Source of the DNA: Octopus sinensis
Taxonomy: Eukaryota
NCBI RefSeq assembly: GCF_006345805.1
Contig: NC_043012.1
Span: 23,808,001 to 23,872,000, forward strand
DNA length: 64,000 bases
Reading direction: 5' to 3'
The notes under the pieces were generated by a model. The model searched no databases, was not told the origin of the DNA, and saw nothing but the letters and a program-made list of their open reading frames with translations. This document shows, piece after piece, positions 39,366 to 53,149 of this stretch. Made by a program: the position numbers and the translations under genes. How positions within the stretch are numbered: the stretch's first letter is position 1; each line of letters starts with the position of its first letter.

Positions 39366-41496
39366 CCCTAAATGTAAATGTTTGCTGTATTTCTAATTAC
39401 TAAAGATATGCACAACATATTTTAAATCCTTCAGATGTGTTGTTCAAAAAAGAGAAGGCAGTTGTAGAACAAGGCTGGAGGAGTGTGTTAGGTAAAGAAT
39501 GTGGAAAGAAGTGTGTATGAAGAGCTGAGAAGATGTCTAGTGAATGTGAGATGCTGAAATGATGTTGCAGTGGAAATAAAAAAAGAAGATGGACAACTGT
39601 AAAATAAATGTGTTATATGATCAGTTTGTGAGACAAACAAAAGACAAAAAAGAGAAGGACAGAGGGATTTCAATGAAAGATGGAGAGAGAGAGGTGGGGG
39701 ACCGTGGTTGTGACTGCACAAGAGCAAGCAATTGGAACAAATCTGATTTAAGCCAAAATAGACACAAGCCAGTAAGATAGTTAAGTGTCAGATGTGTGTT
39801 AAAGTAGACAAAACTATCAGGAATATAAGCGAGTGAATAGCGAAGGATGATGGAAAAAAGAATAGAGAATGAGACAAGATTTGACATGATAGGAGAAGAA
39901 AAAAAAAAAAGGAAGATACACTGGGAATTTAGTAGGAAATTTAGATTCAAAGTAAATGAAAATGATACCATCACTAGCTAGAATCTGGTATGGATAATGT
40001 CTGTTGGAACATCCTGTGGGATTTTTTTCTGAGCAAACTGACCATGTAATAAAAGCACAGAGACCAGAGAATAGTGAAAAATACAGAATTTGCAAGATTA
40101 TTGATTTTGTTAGACAGCATTAAGGCAAAAGTCGAAGACATGACCGAGTGGCTGAGAACTTTGGTTTGCAAAAATTTAGTAATGAGTTCTATTCCTGCTC
40201 TAGAGCACCTCCAGTAAAGTGTGTTTGTTCTTCAACCATTTTTCACCTCTGGACCCCCTTTGATTTTTATTTCTTGTTTCAGGCGGACCCTCATAGTCAT
40301 TTGATGTTTAAAAAAAATCCCGTTACACTTTTGTAGTTGAATATTATTTGGAATTGTAGGAAAAAGTTTGCGAAAATACTTTGAGCATTGTTGAAGAATA
40401 ACCAAATTATTGCAGATAAATTCTAACAATGGGATCTCGTGTGAACCCCCAAGCGTCATATGGACCATGTTTCAGAACCAGTCTTCCACAGCTTTAGGTT
40501 AACCAAAATGTTGTGGACAAAATTTTGTAGATGGAAACTGTTAAAGCTGACTGAAAAGAGTGTTTCAGTCATTGCATGACAGACTTGATGTGCCACCAAG
40601 TTTAATGCCACAATCTGGCCCCTAGTGGAACCTTTTTTGTTGTAAGCAATCAAACCAGGTCTGCACTTAGGGGACAGCTTCTTCCTTTACTCCTAATAAT
40701 CTCAAAGGTCCTGATAATTATCATAGGTGCTGCTCTTCCTCATCGTAGATAATAACTCTTTCAATATCACTCTGCCTTTAATTGCTTCTGGATTTATGAA
40801 GCAAACCTCTTGTTTTAAAGCGATCGAAATTAAAATCTTCCATCAAAACTCCATGTTAATGTTGCAAACACAGCTCAATAATGACAAAGATATTTTATTG
40901 AATTTTTCATTATTTTCAAAATTAATTGAAATGAAGGCAGTATTCTTCAACAGAAATGTGGTGACATGATTAAAGTGATTTAAAAATAAAAAGGGGGGGA
41001 AACAACCAAGAATGATTGGAAAGTATTTGTACTTGGTTAGAGACATGAGAAATCTCTAGAATATGAAGATGGAAGCCATCCTTGCTAGAACACCACAAGC
41101 AAGACTGTTGTTCAAAAGATTGAGTGACATCTTCGGTGGCCACATTAGCAATTATTCCACTCAGAGAAAACCTTTAAATGGTTGTTACTGTGTTTTCTGG
41201 GATAGAAGTTGAAGTAGTGTGTAGTGTAAATATTCAAGTATCATCCCTATTTCTCCAAATTCTGCTACTTTCCACATGAAATTCTTGGTCCTCCAAAGTT
41301 TTCTTTGTGTATAAGTAGACTTAACTTTTAGGCTGGTAGGGCAACACATCCAACCAGAAGATTTCTCCTGCCACCAGTATCTCGGCTGCCATTATCAGCT
41401 TTTTGCAACATTTCAAAAGTCTTGGAGACAGTTATGGTAAACCATCAAAATAGGCATCAACACCCATTATTTTCAGGAAATGTTTCCAATATCAAT

Positions 41497-41569
41497 ATTT
41501 ATTTATTTTATTTTATTTTATCTAGTTTCAGCTCATGAGCTGTGGCCATGCTGGGGCACTGCCATTTAG
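41497..41569 (-). mobile_element. Retroposon 3' tail fused directly to the U6 3' end
   Basis: ctaaatggcagtgccccagcatggccacagctcatgagctgaaactag followed by (ATAAA)n, homologous to the SINE A tail. Confidence 0.8.
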
Positions 41570-41669
41570 AAAATATGGAACATTTCACAAATTTGCGTGC
41601 CATCCTTGCGCAGGGGCCATGCTAATCTTCTCTGTATCATTCCAATTTTAGAATATGTACCGCCGTAGC
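41570..41669 (-). pseudogene. U6: U6 snRNA retrocopy, lacking the first few nt and carrying several substitutions
   Basis: Minus strand gctacggcggtacatattctaaaattggaatgatACAGAGAagattAGCatggcccctgcgcaaggatggcacgcaaatttgtgaaatgttccatatttt matches metazoan U6; changes include CpG transitions; no upstream PSE/TATA recognised. Confidence 0.93.
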
Positions 41670-41923
41670 TAAATAAACAAAAAAAAAAAAACCATACAAA
41701 TATGTTATCTTTGATAATTTAATTGTTTCAGTCATTGAACTGTGACCATGCTGGGGCACTGCTCCGAAGGTTTTAGCTGAAAAAATATCAGCTGCAGTAC
41801 TTATTATCTTAGGTCTGGTACAGTTTCTGATTGGAATCCAAAATTATATATATTTCTTTTGTTTTTGTTAACTTTATTTCATTTCTTGATTTTAGAAGAT
41901 AAAAAAAGAAAACGGAAAAAATT

Positions 41924-42095
41924 AGGCGCAGGAGTGGCTGTGTGTTAAGTAGCTTGCTAACCAACCACATGGTTCCGGGTTCAGTCCCACTGCGTGGCAT
42001 CTTGGGCAAATGTCTTCTGCTATAGCCCCGGGCCGACCAATGCCTTGTGAGTGGATTTGGTAGACGGAAACTGAAAGAAGCCTGTCGTATATATG

Positions 42096-42126
<31 letters not shown>

Positions 42127-42332
42127 CTGTGTGTCTGTGTGTGTCCCCCTAGCATTGCTTGACAACCAATGCTGGTGTGTTTACGTCCCCGTCACTTAGC
42201 AGTTCGGCAAAAGAGAGCGATAGAATAAGTACTGGGCTTACAAAGAATAAGTCCCGGGGTCGAGTTGCTCGATTAAGGGCGGTGCTCCAGCATGGCCGCA
42301 GTCAAATGACTGAAACAAGTGAAAGAGAAAGA
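41924..42332 (+). mobile_element. Full-length SINE family A
   Basis: Near-identical to the 8955 copy; CpG-rich. Confidence 0.88.
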
Positions 42333-42856
42333 GAGAGCAAAAAGGGGGACAAACAGCAGCAAATGGAAGGGAATGGGTGATGGGCAACATATCACTGAAC
42401 AAAAGGGGCAACATATCACTGAACAGCCCTGCCCTGTGATGATGACTGTTATAGGGTTGCTGTGGTGGATGACCAGCAACACTTACAGCAGTAGCCACTC
42501 CACTTCACAGGGCTCATTGCTCCAACGGGCCACTGCTATCCCTATTTTGCAAAGGAAATCAGTAATATGGGCCCCTAGAACACCAGCTGATGGGCTACAG
42601 CAAATATTCTGCTCCATACCAGAGATTTGCTTGTCAGTTTGCTTGACCTTAACCAGTTTGAGCATTGGGCCAACTACTAGAGTTGCATTTATTCAGAAAT
42701 TTGCTCTATTGGGAAGAGCTAAGATTGTAAGAAAGGTCCTCGATATTTCAAGAAACTGGTTGTGACCAAGTATCAAAAGTACAGTGATTACAGATGTAAG
42801 ACATTTGTGCACACCATGAATAACAACAACAACAACAACAATAATAATAATAATCC

Positions 42857-43065
42857 TTTCTATTATAGACACAGGGCCTGAAATTGGGGGGGGGGGGCAA
42901 TTGATTAGATTAACCCCAGTACACAAATGGTAGTTAATTTGTCAACGCCAAAAGGGAGAAAGGCAAATTTGACCTTGGCAGAATTTGAACTCAGAACGTA
43001 AAGATAGATGAAATGCCACTAAGCATTTTGCCTGGTGTGCTAATGATTCAGCCAGCTTGCTACCT
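42857..43065 (-). mobile_element. SINE family B inserted in an (AAT)n run
   Basis: Family B body with (AAT)n on both sides. Confidence 0.78.
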
Positions 43066-43072
43066 TAATAAT

Positions 43073-43127
<55 letters not shown>

Positions 43128-44634
43128 GTAACAGAATGTTCAACAAGATCAACTTTTGCATCAGTATTATTAACAAACCAAAAACCAACCGATTCTAATG
43201 GTAGTGCCAACAACACGAGAAACCTCATCACCAATGAACCCCAAGAACATCTCAAAGACAATGACACCATGTAGAATTAAATCTAACAAGCTACAAACAT
43301 GATACACACACACACACACACACACACACCATTAGATTTTTTTAATTGTGTCTGGCCATTAAAGCTGTAACCAATAGAACAGGTCTCTTAACTGGCCACT
43401 AAAAAAAATCAAAAAAACAAAAAGAGGGGGAGGAAAATAAAAACCAAAAAAAAAAAAAGAAATGCAAACCTCTGATCAAATAGTTGAGGATCTCAGGGGA
43501 AATTCAAAACAATTAAAGCACAGAATCAGTTCTTTAAGGATTAACCAAATTGCAAAACAAAGAAGAAAAAAAAATGTACCAGAGGCTTTTTGTTTCTTTA
43601 GTTTTAATTTATTTATTTTATTTTATTTTAAATTTCATTTGTTGCTTGTTTTGTTTGTTTTATTTTAATATATTTGATTATTTTATTTTTGTATGTATTG
43701 TGTTTTTTGTATTTGTATGTATTGTGTGTGTGTGTTTGTGATGTACGTATGAAAATGTATTGTGCGTTCGTGAATGTGTACATGAGTTTGTGTGTAAGCA
43801 TGAGAACGTATTGTGTATGCTTGAATGTGTGTGTGTGTGTATTTGTATCCACATATGAGAATGGATTGTGTTTGAGAGTGTGTGTGTGTGTGTGTGTACA
43901 ATAGCTATTTTAATTAAGAGAAGACAGGAAAGGAATTCCTTTTCATCCTCCTCCTTAGCAAATCTCGGAAGCGGTAACTTCCTTATATGTTTCCTGTCAG
44001 CATTTGAGGACAAAATCTTGGAGCTCCAAATTAGGAACTGCCAAAGTCCAAGGTACCAACAAGACTAGGGAACTCTTTCTTAATGGTCATCACCAATTTC
44101 TGTTTTGCATTTACTGTTTTTATTGTATCATTTTATTTTCAAAAATTTTCTGTTTTTTTTTTTGTGGTGGTGGTGGTGGTGGTGGTGGTGGTGGTGGTGG
44201 TGGGGGAGATGCATTGAAACATGTTCAAACCATCACTCACTTTTATCCATCTCTCACACACACACACCAACATATACATGCACACACATACAGTGGACTT
44301 CACACTTGCTAAAACAAAGCCTCACATACACATTGCTAATACACAACCATAAAAACAAGCACACACATACACATGTCCCAAAACACATACACATGCATAC
44401 GGATATGGCAAGAACATATGAAATGTGTTAATACACATATATACACCTACACGTGCACTCAGGCACACCCACACACAAACATGCTAAAACACATACATTC
44501 ATACATGCAGATACATATGCAAACACTTACAAGGCTATGTGCATGTGTATACGTACATTTACCTCACTCCGAATACACACAGATACGTCAAAAGCAACTG
44601 TGCTGGTTCCATGAGACAAAAAAACCTATACCTA

Positions 44635-45082
44635 TTTCTTTACTACCCACAAGGGGCTAAACACAGAGAGGACAAACAAGGACAGACAAGCAGATCAAGT
44701 CGATTATATCGACCCCAGTGCGTAACTGGTACTTATTTAATCGACCCCGAAAGAATGAAAGGCAAAGTCGACCTCGGCGGAATTTGAACTCAGAACGTAA
44801 CAGCAGACGAAATACAGCTACGCATTTCGCCCAGCATGCTAACGTTTCTTACTTCTTTATTGCCCACAAGGGGCTAAACATAGAGAGGACAAACAAGGAC
44901 AGACAAACGGATCAAGTCGATTATATCGACCCCCAGTGCATAACTGGTACTTAATTTATCAACCCCGAAAGGACGAAAGGCAAAGTCGACCTCGGCGGAA
45001 TTTGAACTCAAAACGTAACGGCAGACGAAATATGGCTACGCATTTTGCCAGGCGTGCTAACGTTTCTGCCAGCTGGCCGCCT
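44635..45082 (-). mobile_element. Two tandem SINE family B copies
   Basis: cccacaaggggctaaaca...gctaacgtttc at ~44646-44848 and ~44863-45066. Confidence 0.85.
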
Positions 45083-45335
45083 TATACCAGAGCCACATAT
45101 AAGGCACTCATGCTGGTGCCTTGTAATAGCACTGGTGCCAGTGCCATGTAAAAACCACCCAGTCCACACTGTGAAGTGGTGGGCATCAGGAAAGGCATCC
45201 CTCAACAGAAACCATGCTAAAACAGAAAACCGGGGCCTGGCGTAGCTTTCCAGGTGGGCAGCTCCAGGTCAAACTGTCCAACCCAGCCAGCCTGGAAAAT
45301 GGATGTGAAATGACGATGATTTCAAAGGTTGGATA

Positions 45336-45373
<38 letters not shown>

Positions 45374-45619
45374 ATGTGTGTGTGTGTGTGTGTGTATTGT
45401 CCAAGCCCTACACACACATGTGTAATTGTGGCTAAAAAAACTTGTATTTAGGGCCATAGTGCATACATTGTCACCATTCCTGCTGCTGCATTTCTGCTTT
45501 CATATGCACATGCGTGAATTATGCACAAAACATGCAAATACACATTACTTAGTATGAATATATTAGAATATGTATACGTTAATAACCACCACCACTACTA
45601 TTTCTTCAGTATTGTTGTG

Positions 45620-45925
45620 TGGAGGCACATGGCCTAGTGGTTAGAGACACGGACAAGCAGTCGAGGGATCGCAGGTTCGAATCTCAGACCGGGCGATGTG
45701 AGTGTTTATGAGCGAAACACTTAAGCTCCACGCGGCTCCGGCAGAAGTTAATGGCGAAACTTCTGCTGACCCTTTCACCACAACTTTCTCTCACTCTTTC
45801 CTCCTGCATTTTGCAGCTCACCTGCAACGGACCGGCATCCTGTACAGGTGGGGGAACCTATATGCCAAGAAACCAGGAAACCGGCCCTTATGAGCCAAGC
45901 ATGGCTCGAGAAGGAACTAACAACA
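45620..45925 (+). mobile_element. tRNA-headed SINE family C with tail type 2 (V-domain-like)
   Basis: A-box tggcctagtgg, B-box ggttcgaatct; tail cacctgcaacggaccggcatcctgtacagg...gaaaccaggaaaccggccc plus (AAC)n. Confidence 0.82.
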
Positions 45926-48004
45926 ACTTCAATATTGTTCTTATCTGCTGTGTTAAATATATCATCATCATTGTCAACACCACCATCACTACATTATTTT
46001 TATTATCAGTGGTGGTGATGATGATGATGATAATTATTGTCATCACTGTACTCTATCAATTACTTGGTTTTATTGTACAGAACCAAGTAAAGAATCCTCT
46101 TCCTTATGATAATCCATAACAATCACATCTGCAGCAACAAGGGCCAACAACAGGAGCTCTATTATGCCAGCCATTCTCTATGTCAGTCTCTCCAGAACAT
46201 TGGTCATCTGGAATCCTTTGCAAGCTTGTGTCTTTCCTGAAAGTGCTAGCTTGCAACCACTTAAATGAAATATTAATGACACCAAGCTCACCAATAATGG
46301 AAAGTGGACAAAGGTCAGACTTGGTTTCCCACTACCCTCCACACTCGGTAATTAAAAAAAAAAGTTATTGAAGTACACATGCTCTTCATGGTGCCACAAA
46401 GATAAAATATCTTTAGATTAAACTTTCTATTCCAATTATAAACAGCCTACTTCTCCATCAAAGAACATTTTCTATATATTAAGGTATTTTGGCTGTGAGG
46501 CAAGAAACTTGCTTTCCAACCATGTGGTATTGGGTTCAATTGCACAGAATGGTATCTTGAGCAAATATCTTATACTATGGCCTTGGGCCAGTCAAAGCCT
46601 TGTGAGGGGATTTAGTAGACACAAATTGAAACATAAACACACACACGCACACATAATGGGCTTCTTTCAGTTTCCATCTATGAAGTCCACTTGCAAGGTT
46701 TTGGTCAAACTGAGCCTATAGTAAAATATACTTGCCTCAGGTACTGTGCAGTGGGGCTGAACTCAAGATTACATGGTTGGGAGGCAAGCTTCTTAACTAC
46801 CACCACCACCACCACCAAAAAAAGGGGCCAGAACAGTGGAATGACAAAATTAATAGAGGGTAGGATAAGATGCCCTAAAGTCTGTTCCAAGTGTTTGTAT
46901 TTTAAGCTAAAATTCCTTTAGAAGCTAATGTCGAGGATTAATTCCTTGACCAAAGGATTACCGTGACCAGCCTGCAACAAGTCAGCATGCACAATGTAGA
47001 CAAGCAATGGTATGTTGAGGCTTTCATCCAGAAATGAATGGATCAAAAACAGTCAAGTGGATGGCATCGTCAAACCTGGAAGTAAACAGACAGCTTTGTA
47101 ATACTGTCATGGTTGGAATGCCTTTCATCTATCGTATATATACTTTGCTCCTTTGAGTTGATCCAGAGCTAAACAATGACTACTACTACTACTACTAATA
47201 CTACTATCACCACCAGTACTACTACTACTACTACTACATAGACCAATGCCAACACAAAACTGAAGTCACCAACTTTTGACACAAAGTATTTCTAGCTTCC
47301 TTCCTCTCTTCATTTCTCTTCAAGACTTTATTTATCGGGAACGAAAACCCAAACCGAAACCACATGAAGCAATCAGAGAAGGGTTCACACACTAAAATCT
47401 GCTGACCATTGGCTAAAAACAGCTGTTCATGTTACATAGACTGCAGTGGTCATTTAATTCGCGTTGATAATTACCTTGTTTAAATCAAGACCATAAAGTG
47501 TTTGGACAGAGAAGTTTGTGATTATCTTCTTAGCTGCCAGGCGAATAGCGATCGGGGAGGGGGAAGGGGGGAGGGGGCGGAGAAAGAAAAGCAAAGGAAT
47601 GAGACAATGGACAGCGCTAGATTTGTAACTGTTCAGCTTGTCAAAGACCTCGGGTGAAGAAGTTACCATTATTGTTCTGTAATAAGCAACCTCTCTACTT
47701 TCCCAAGGTAAAAAAGAGGGAGAAATAAAAGAGAAATAAGCGAAGAAATATATATGGAGAGATCTGTACATTATGCACCGCAAGCTAGTGTAATAGTTAA
47801 AGTAGTAGTAGTAGTAGCAGCAGCAGTAGTACTAGTAGTAGTAGTAGTAGTAGTAGTTTTGGAGTGATATTGGTTATATTTGACAGTATGATGGCTATAG
47901 TGGTAGATGGAATGCCAGCCTGATAGAATGATGGAGGCGGTGGTAGATGATATGATACATGGTAAGGTGAGTGGGTATGGTGGAGGTGGTGGCAGGTAGT
48001 ATGA

Positions 48005-48350
48005 CTTGGTAGTAGATGGTATGATGGAGGACATGGTAGTGGATGGTATGACAGAGGTAGAGGTGGTGGTGGTGGTGGTAGTGCATGGTATGACAGAGGT
48101 GGCGGTGGTGGTGGTAGTGCATGGTATGACAGAGGTGGAGGTGGTGGTGGATGGTATGACAGAGGTGGAGGTGGTGGTGGATGGTATGACAGAGGTGGAG
48201 GATGGTATGACTGGTGGAGGATGGTATGACAGAGGTGGAGGATGGTATGACAGGTGGAGGATGGTATGACAGAGGTGGAGGTGGTGGTGGATGGTATGAC
48301 AGAGGTAGAGGTGGTGGTGGTGATGGAGGATGGTATGTCAGAGGTAGTAG
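48005..48350. repeat. GGT-rich minisatellite (units of about 18-36 bp)
   Basis: The core atggtatgacagaggt(g/a)gag recurs about 10 times. Confidence 0.9.
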
Positions 48351-50027
48351 CATATGATAGATGAAATCTCAGAAAGCAGAATGTAAAGGGACATAATGAT
48401 ATAGCATTAGACATTTCTTTCAATGTTCTGCTAATTCTGCCATAGAGAATATGAGAATAGTAAACAGAGAGAATGTGGTAAACATAACAAAATGGTATTC
48501 AAGTGACAAAGTGGTTTTGTGTAAGATGCAGCTCCATTTCACATGTTTAATTACTGTGAAACGTGATAACCAAGAACAATATTTCATACAGGACAATAGG
48601 ATATGTGGGTAAAATAGACGTATTACATACAGACACTCTAGCCTCATCTCTAACCATCCAACATTCCCTTCCTTTGTGGTCCATGGTCTGTATTCCATTT
48701 TATATTCACCTACTTGTACTACCTCAAGAGTATGGTTTGGTACCCCAATCACCACCATCTTTATCTCGTTGCAGCTACACTCACCCACCCTTACATAATG
48801 CAAGATAGCAATGTATCATCTCTACAGCAAGACACCTGCGTTTGTCCCTCTCAACACCTGGGATAAAGCCACCACCTTTTGTTGTCTATCCAACACAAAC
48901 ACCCAATTGAGGACTCTTTTCCATTTTCTATTTCCATTCCTTATTTTGTCTTGCAAGTTAATTGCAACCTCATTAGTGTTCCAGTATCTTGGGAAACAAA
49001 GAACCCGTCTCATAGCAACCATGCCAAAGCAGACCTTCGGTCCTGATTCACTCAAGGGGATTTATACCTTTACCCTTCTTCACTTTGTCTTGAAAGCTTT
49101 GTGACCCCAGTAGTGTCAGGGCCACAAAAAATGCACCCAGTACACTCTGTTGAGTTGTTGGTATCAAGGACATTGAGCTGTAGAAACCCTTCCAAAGCAG
49201 ACACACAACTTGGCACCGCATTCTGCTTCATTTGTACTTGTTGAACTGTCCAACCCATGCCAGCTTGAAAAAAGGGGCATTCAGTGATACTGAGGATGAT
49301 ACATATACATATGTGTGTATATTTGTGTATATATCACTAATCCATCTTATCACCCACTTAACTATCATTCATACCATGTCACTGTTGATCTTGCACTTAT
49401 TACTCATGTCTCAAGCACTTGAACCAAAAGTCTTCAACTCCCAATCACATTGCTTCCAATGTAACAAGAGAAGCTACCGGATCTACCTGACTCCTTCTCC
49501 AAGACTCCACTATAGTCTCACTTATCCTTTCACTCTAAATTTCTCAGAATCTTCAGGTATATAATTAAAGAACTTCAACAGATCTGCATGTAGTCTATAC
49601 ATTCTACTTAAGCTTCTTCCTGATCAATTAACACCAGCATCCATCATTCGGTTATCAATCAAGCTCTCACATCAGTCATCTCGAGTGCTGTTGTCACAAC
49701 AAATTGCCTGAAGAAGACTCCGTAAAAGAGTTGGTGTTAAGAAGGACATCCAGCCATAGAAACCATGCCAAACATGAAACTTGGTAGGGGGACATTGTTA
49801 TCCAACCCAACTAGGAGAGCAGCAAAAACCCATTCAACCCACACCAGCATGGAAAGCAGATATACAATAGTCTAATGAAGATGAAACAGATGCATGCACA
49901 CACACATGTGCATCTGCAATCATATGCAAATACATGTATGCATGTCTACAAATATATATATATATATATGTCTGAAATAAATATATATGCAAATACATAC
50001 ATACATACATACATACATATACATACA

Positions 50028-50078
<51 letters not shown>

Positions 50079-50398
50079 ATATATATATATATGTAAATAT
50101 ACATACATAAGTGGGAAATCAAAAATAATGTCAATAAAAAGCAAAATCAACAAAAAAAATTAATGAAACCATATAAATAGATCTCAATCATCATCATCAG
50201 CAGCAGCATCATCACCAAACATCATTTAAAAATGAGACAATAAAAAAAAACAAAAATAAACAACAAAGGAATCAAATCCAAAATTAAAAAAAAAAACAAA
50301 GAATGCAAAACTAATAAACAAATAAATAAAAATTAGCATAATCTGAAGTTGACAGATTAAAAACTGAAACAGTTAAAATAGAACAAAGAAGAAAAAGA

Positions 50399-50463
<65 letters not shown>

Positions 50464-50544
50464 AGAGAAAGGGGGTGAGGGATGGAGGGAAAAAATGGAG
50501 AAATAAAAAGAAATTATACAAAAAAATGTTAAATGCTGCTAAGA

Positions 50545-50589
<45 letters not shown>

Positions 50590-50629
50590 TAATAATAATA
50601 ATAATAATATAATAATAATAATAATATCA

Positions 50630-50682
<53 letters not shown>

Positions 50683-51248
50683 CATGAATAATAATAATGT
50701 TTATGATGATGATGATGATGATGATGATAATAATTCAGTGAATAAAAATAGAAAGATTTAAAGAATTAAAATTCAAAATATTGAACTTGTTGAAAATTGT
50801 TTCATAGCCTACAGCTAGGAAGAGAGGCAATAACATCATCCTGAAACCACAACAATACCGGTACCACCACCACCACCACCACCACCACCATCATCAATAG
50901 CAGCTACTGTTACTACAACTCAAGTGATGATGATGAAGACGATAAGAAATTGATGATGATGATGATGATGATGATGTTAAGAAGAAGAAGATTAATAACA
51001 ATGATGATGCTGGCAATGAATATAATGAGGATTTCTAAGAATGATGAGGATGATGATGATGATGATGATGATGATAATAATTGGGAAAAAAAAAAAAAGG
51101 AAATTAAGAGTAAGAACACAATCAGGACATTAACACATCGGTTGAGCCTGAAAGGGTATCCTCACCCACCAAGTACTCCCCACCCTTTTAAGATTTGCTG
51201 CTGATATTGGTGGTGGTGGTGGTCTCATAGCAGCAGAAGCCATAACTG

Positions 51249-51286
<38 letters not shown>

Positions 51287-51430
51287 TGATAACCACAAAA
51301 TTCTGATGACAACCCTGACATTTTGGCAATCTTCCTTTCAAAGATAGGCAGAATGGCTGGTTGTGTTTTGTGGTTTTTCTCTCAGACTTTATACCCATAC
51401 ATGAACATATTATATATATGTATGTGTGTA

Positions 51431-51462
<32 letters not shown>

Positions 51463-53149
51463 CACACACATATAAATACATATGTGCATGTGTGGGTGTG
51501 TGTATACATATATAATATATGGAAACGTATATGTACGTACCTGTATGTGTGTGTGTATGTATGTATATATGTGTATATATATACATATATATACATATAT
51601 ATATATATATATACATATATATACATATATATATATAAAGAGAGAGATACATAGATAGAGAGAGAGAGGGGGAGATGGATATATACAAACACACACACAC
51701 AGATCAGACATCTCTATATAGATGTTACTGAAATCCATATTCCCGTCATAATCACCTTCACTATAATCTTCTTCTGCCCCTTTTTCCTACTCCCGTCCTC
51801 ATCCTCAGAAATCTCCCTCACCACCCCCAACTGTTATTCCTGCCCCTCCCCCCATCGCTTCCAAACACCACAGTTTTCAACATCATTAGCATCATCATCA
51901 TCATACCAATATCTTGGAAACAATTCTAATGATATCCCCCACCCCCCGGCATCACCCTACCCCCCACCTCACCCAGTTCCTCACAATCAACCATCACTGA
52001 TGTTTCTACAATAAAAGCTTCCTTACTGCTATCAAACTATCCCTGTCATTGTCACTATTATCATCAATATCGTTAATATCATTAGCACTCCCACCATGAC
52101 CACCACCACGCTTGTCACATCATAAACTTTACCAGGCTAACAATGGAGGTCTCAATGCAGTTGCTTGACTAACTAGAAATAGCAGGTCTAAACCTCCTTC
52201 CCCAAATCAGCCCCCACCACCACCACCACCATTTTGTGTTCAATAAAGACAACATCAGTTTGAGCAATGTCCAGAAGAAACCAAAGACAGGAATGGTCAG
52301 GCCTAGTGTTGATCATAGGTCTTTCAAATCAAGAAGCCGACCTGGGGCTAAACAATATCAGCAAATTTTGTCATCATCCTGATCATTATCATCATCAGCA
52401 TTGACATCACCAACATCATCATCATCATTGTCATTGACATCACCAACATCATCATCATTACTGGTATCATCATCATCATCATCACCGTCATCGTCAACCT
52501 TGGCTCCTTTCATTCTTTCCTTATCCTTATTCTCATCAAAATTACCATAACCATTATCACTGTCCTATACATGAAACCTTACAATCCAATATCATAATCC
52601 AAGCCTCTCATCCCACCACTAACTCTTGTGTCATCACCCCCTCCCATACCCGCCTTTCCCCACATTATTGCAATTATCAATGTCATTATCATCTTCATTG
52701 AATGAGGAAAAACAAAACAACAAACAAAAACAAAGAAATCACAAACATTACCACCACCATCACTAATAATACTACTCTCACCACCACCACCATAACTATG
52801 ACCTTTATCATCTCAACACTGCTACTTGTGTCATAACTCCCACCACTACCACTTCAACTATCTCCACTAACACCACCACCATCACCAGAACTACCACCAT
52901 TGGCACAGCCACCACCAACACCATCATCTCTGATAGTACTATTACTACTACCATCATCACAACCATCACCATCAACACTTCCACCACCATCACCAACAAC
53001 AACAACAACTAAGCACCCCCACCCACCCCGCACTATCTGATTGCTTAGCATGCCACGAATAGCAACATTTGCCTCATATCACAGACCCCACTAATGATTA
53101 TCATTTTAAACAGAATGTATGTCACACATTATATATGTGTGTGTGTATA

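Noticed and set aside
40250-40482. Possible hAT MITE (ggacccc / gcggaccc subterminal motifs)
   Set aside because: TIRs and the 8-bp target duplication could not be identified
41570-41669. Functional U6 gene
   Set aside because: The 5' end is missing, there are multiple substitutions, no promoter is recognised, and it is fused to a retroposon tail
47797-48423. Pro/His-rich extensin-like ORFs and a CRISPR-like periodicity
   Set aside because: GGT minisatellite with no unique spacers and no cas genes, in a eukaryotic context
48420-49100. Complex-looking minus-strand ORFs (127 aa and 77 aa)
   Set aside because: No recognisable motif; probably decayed transposon sequence but cannot be assigned
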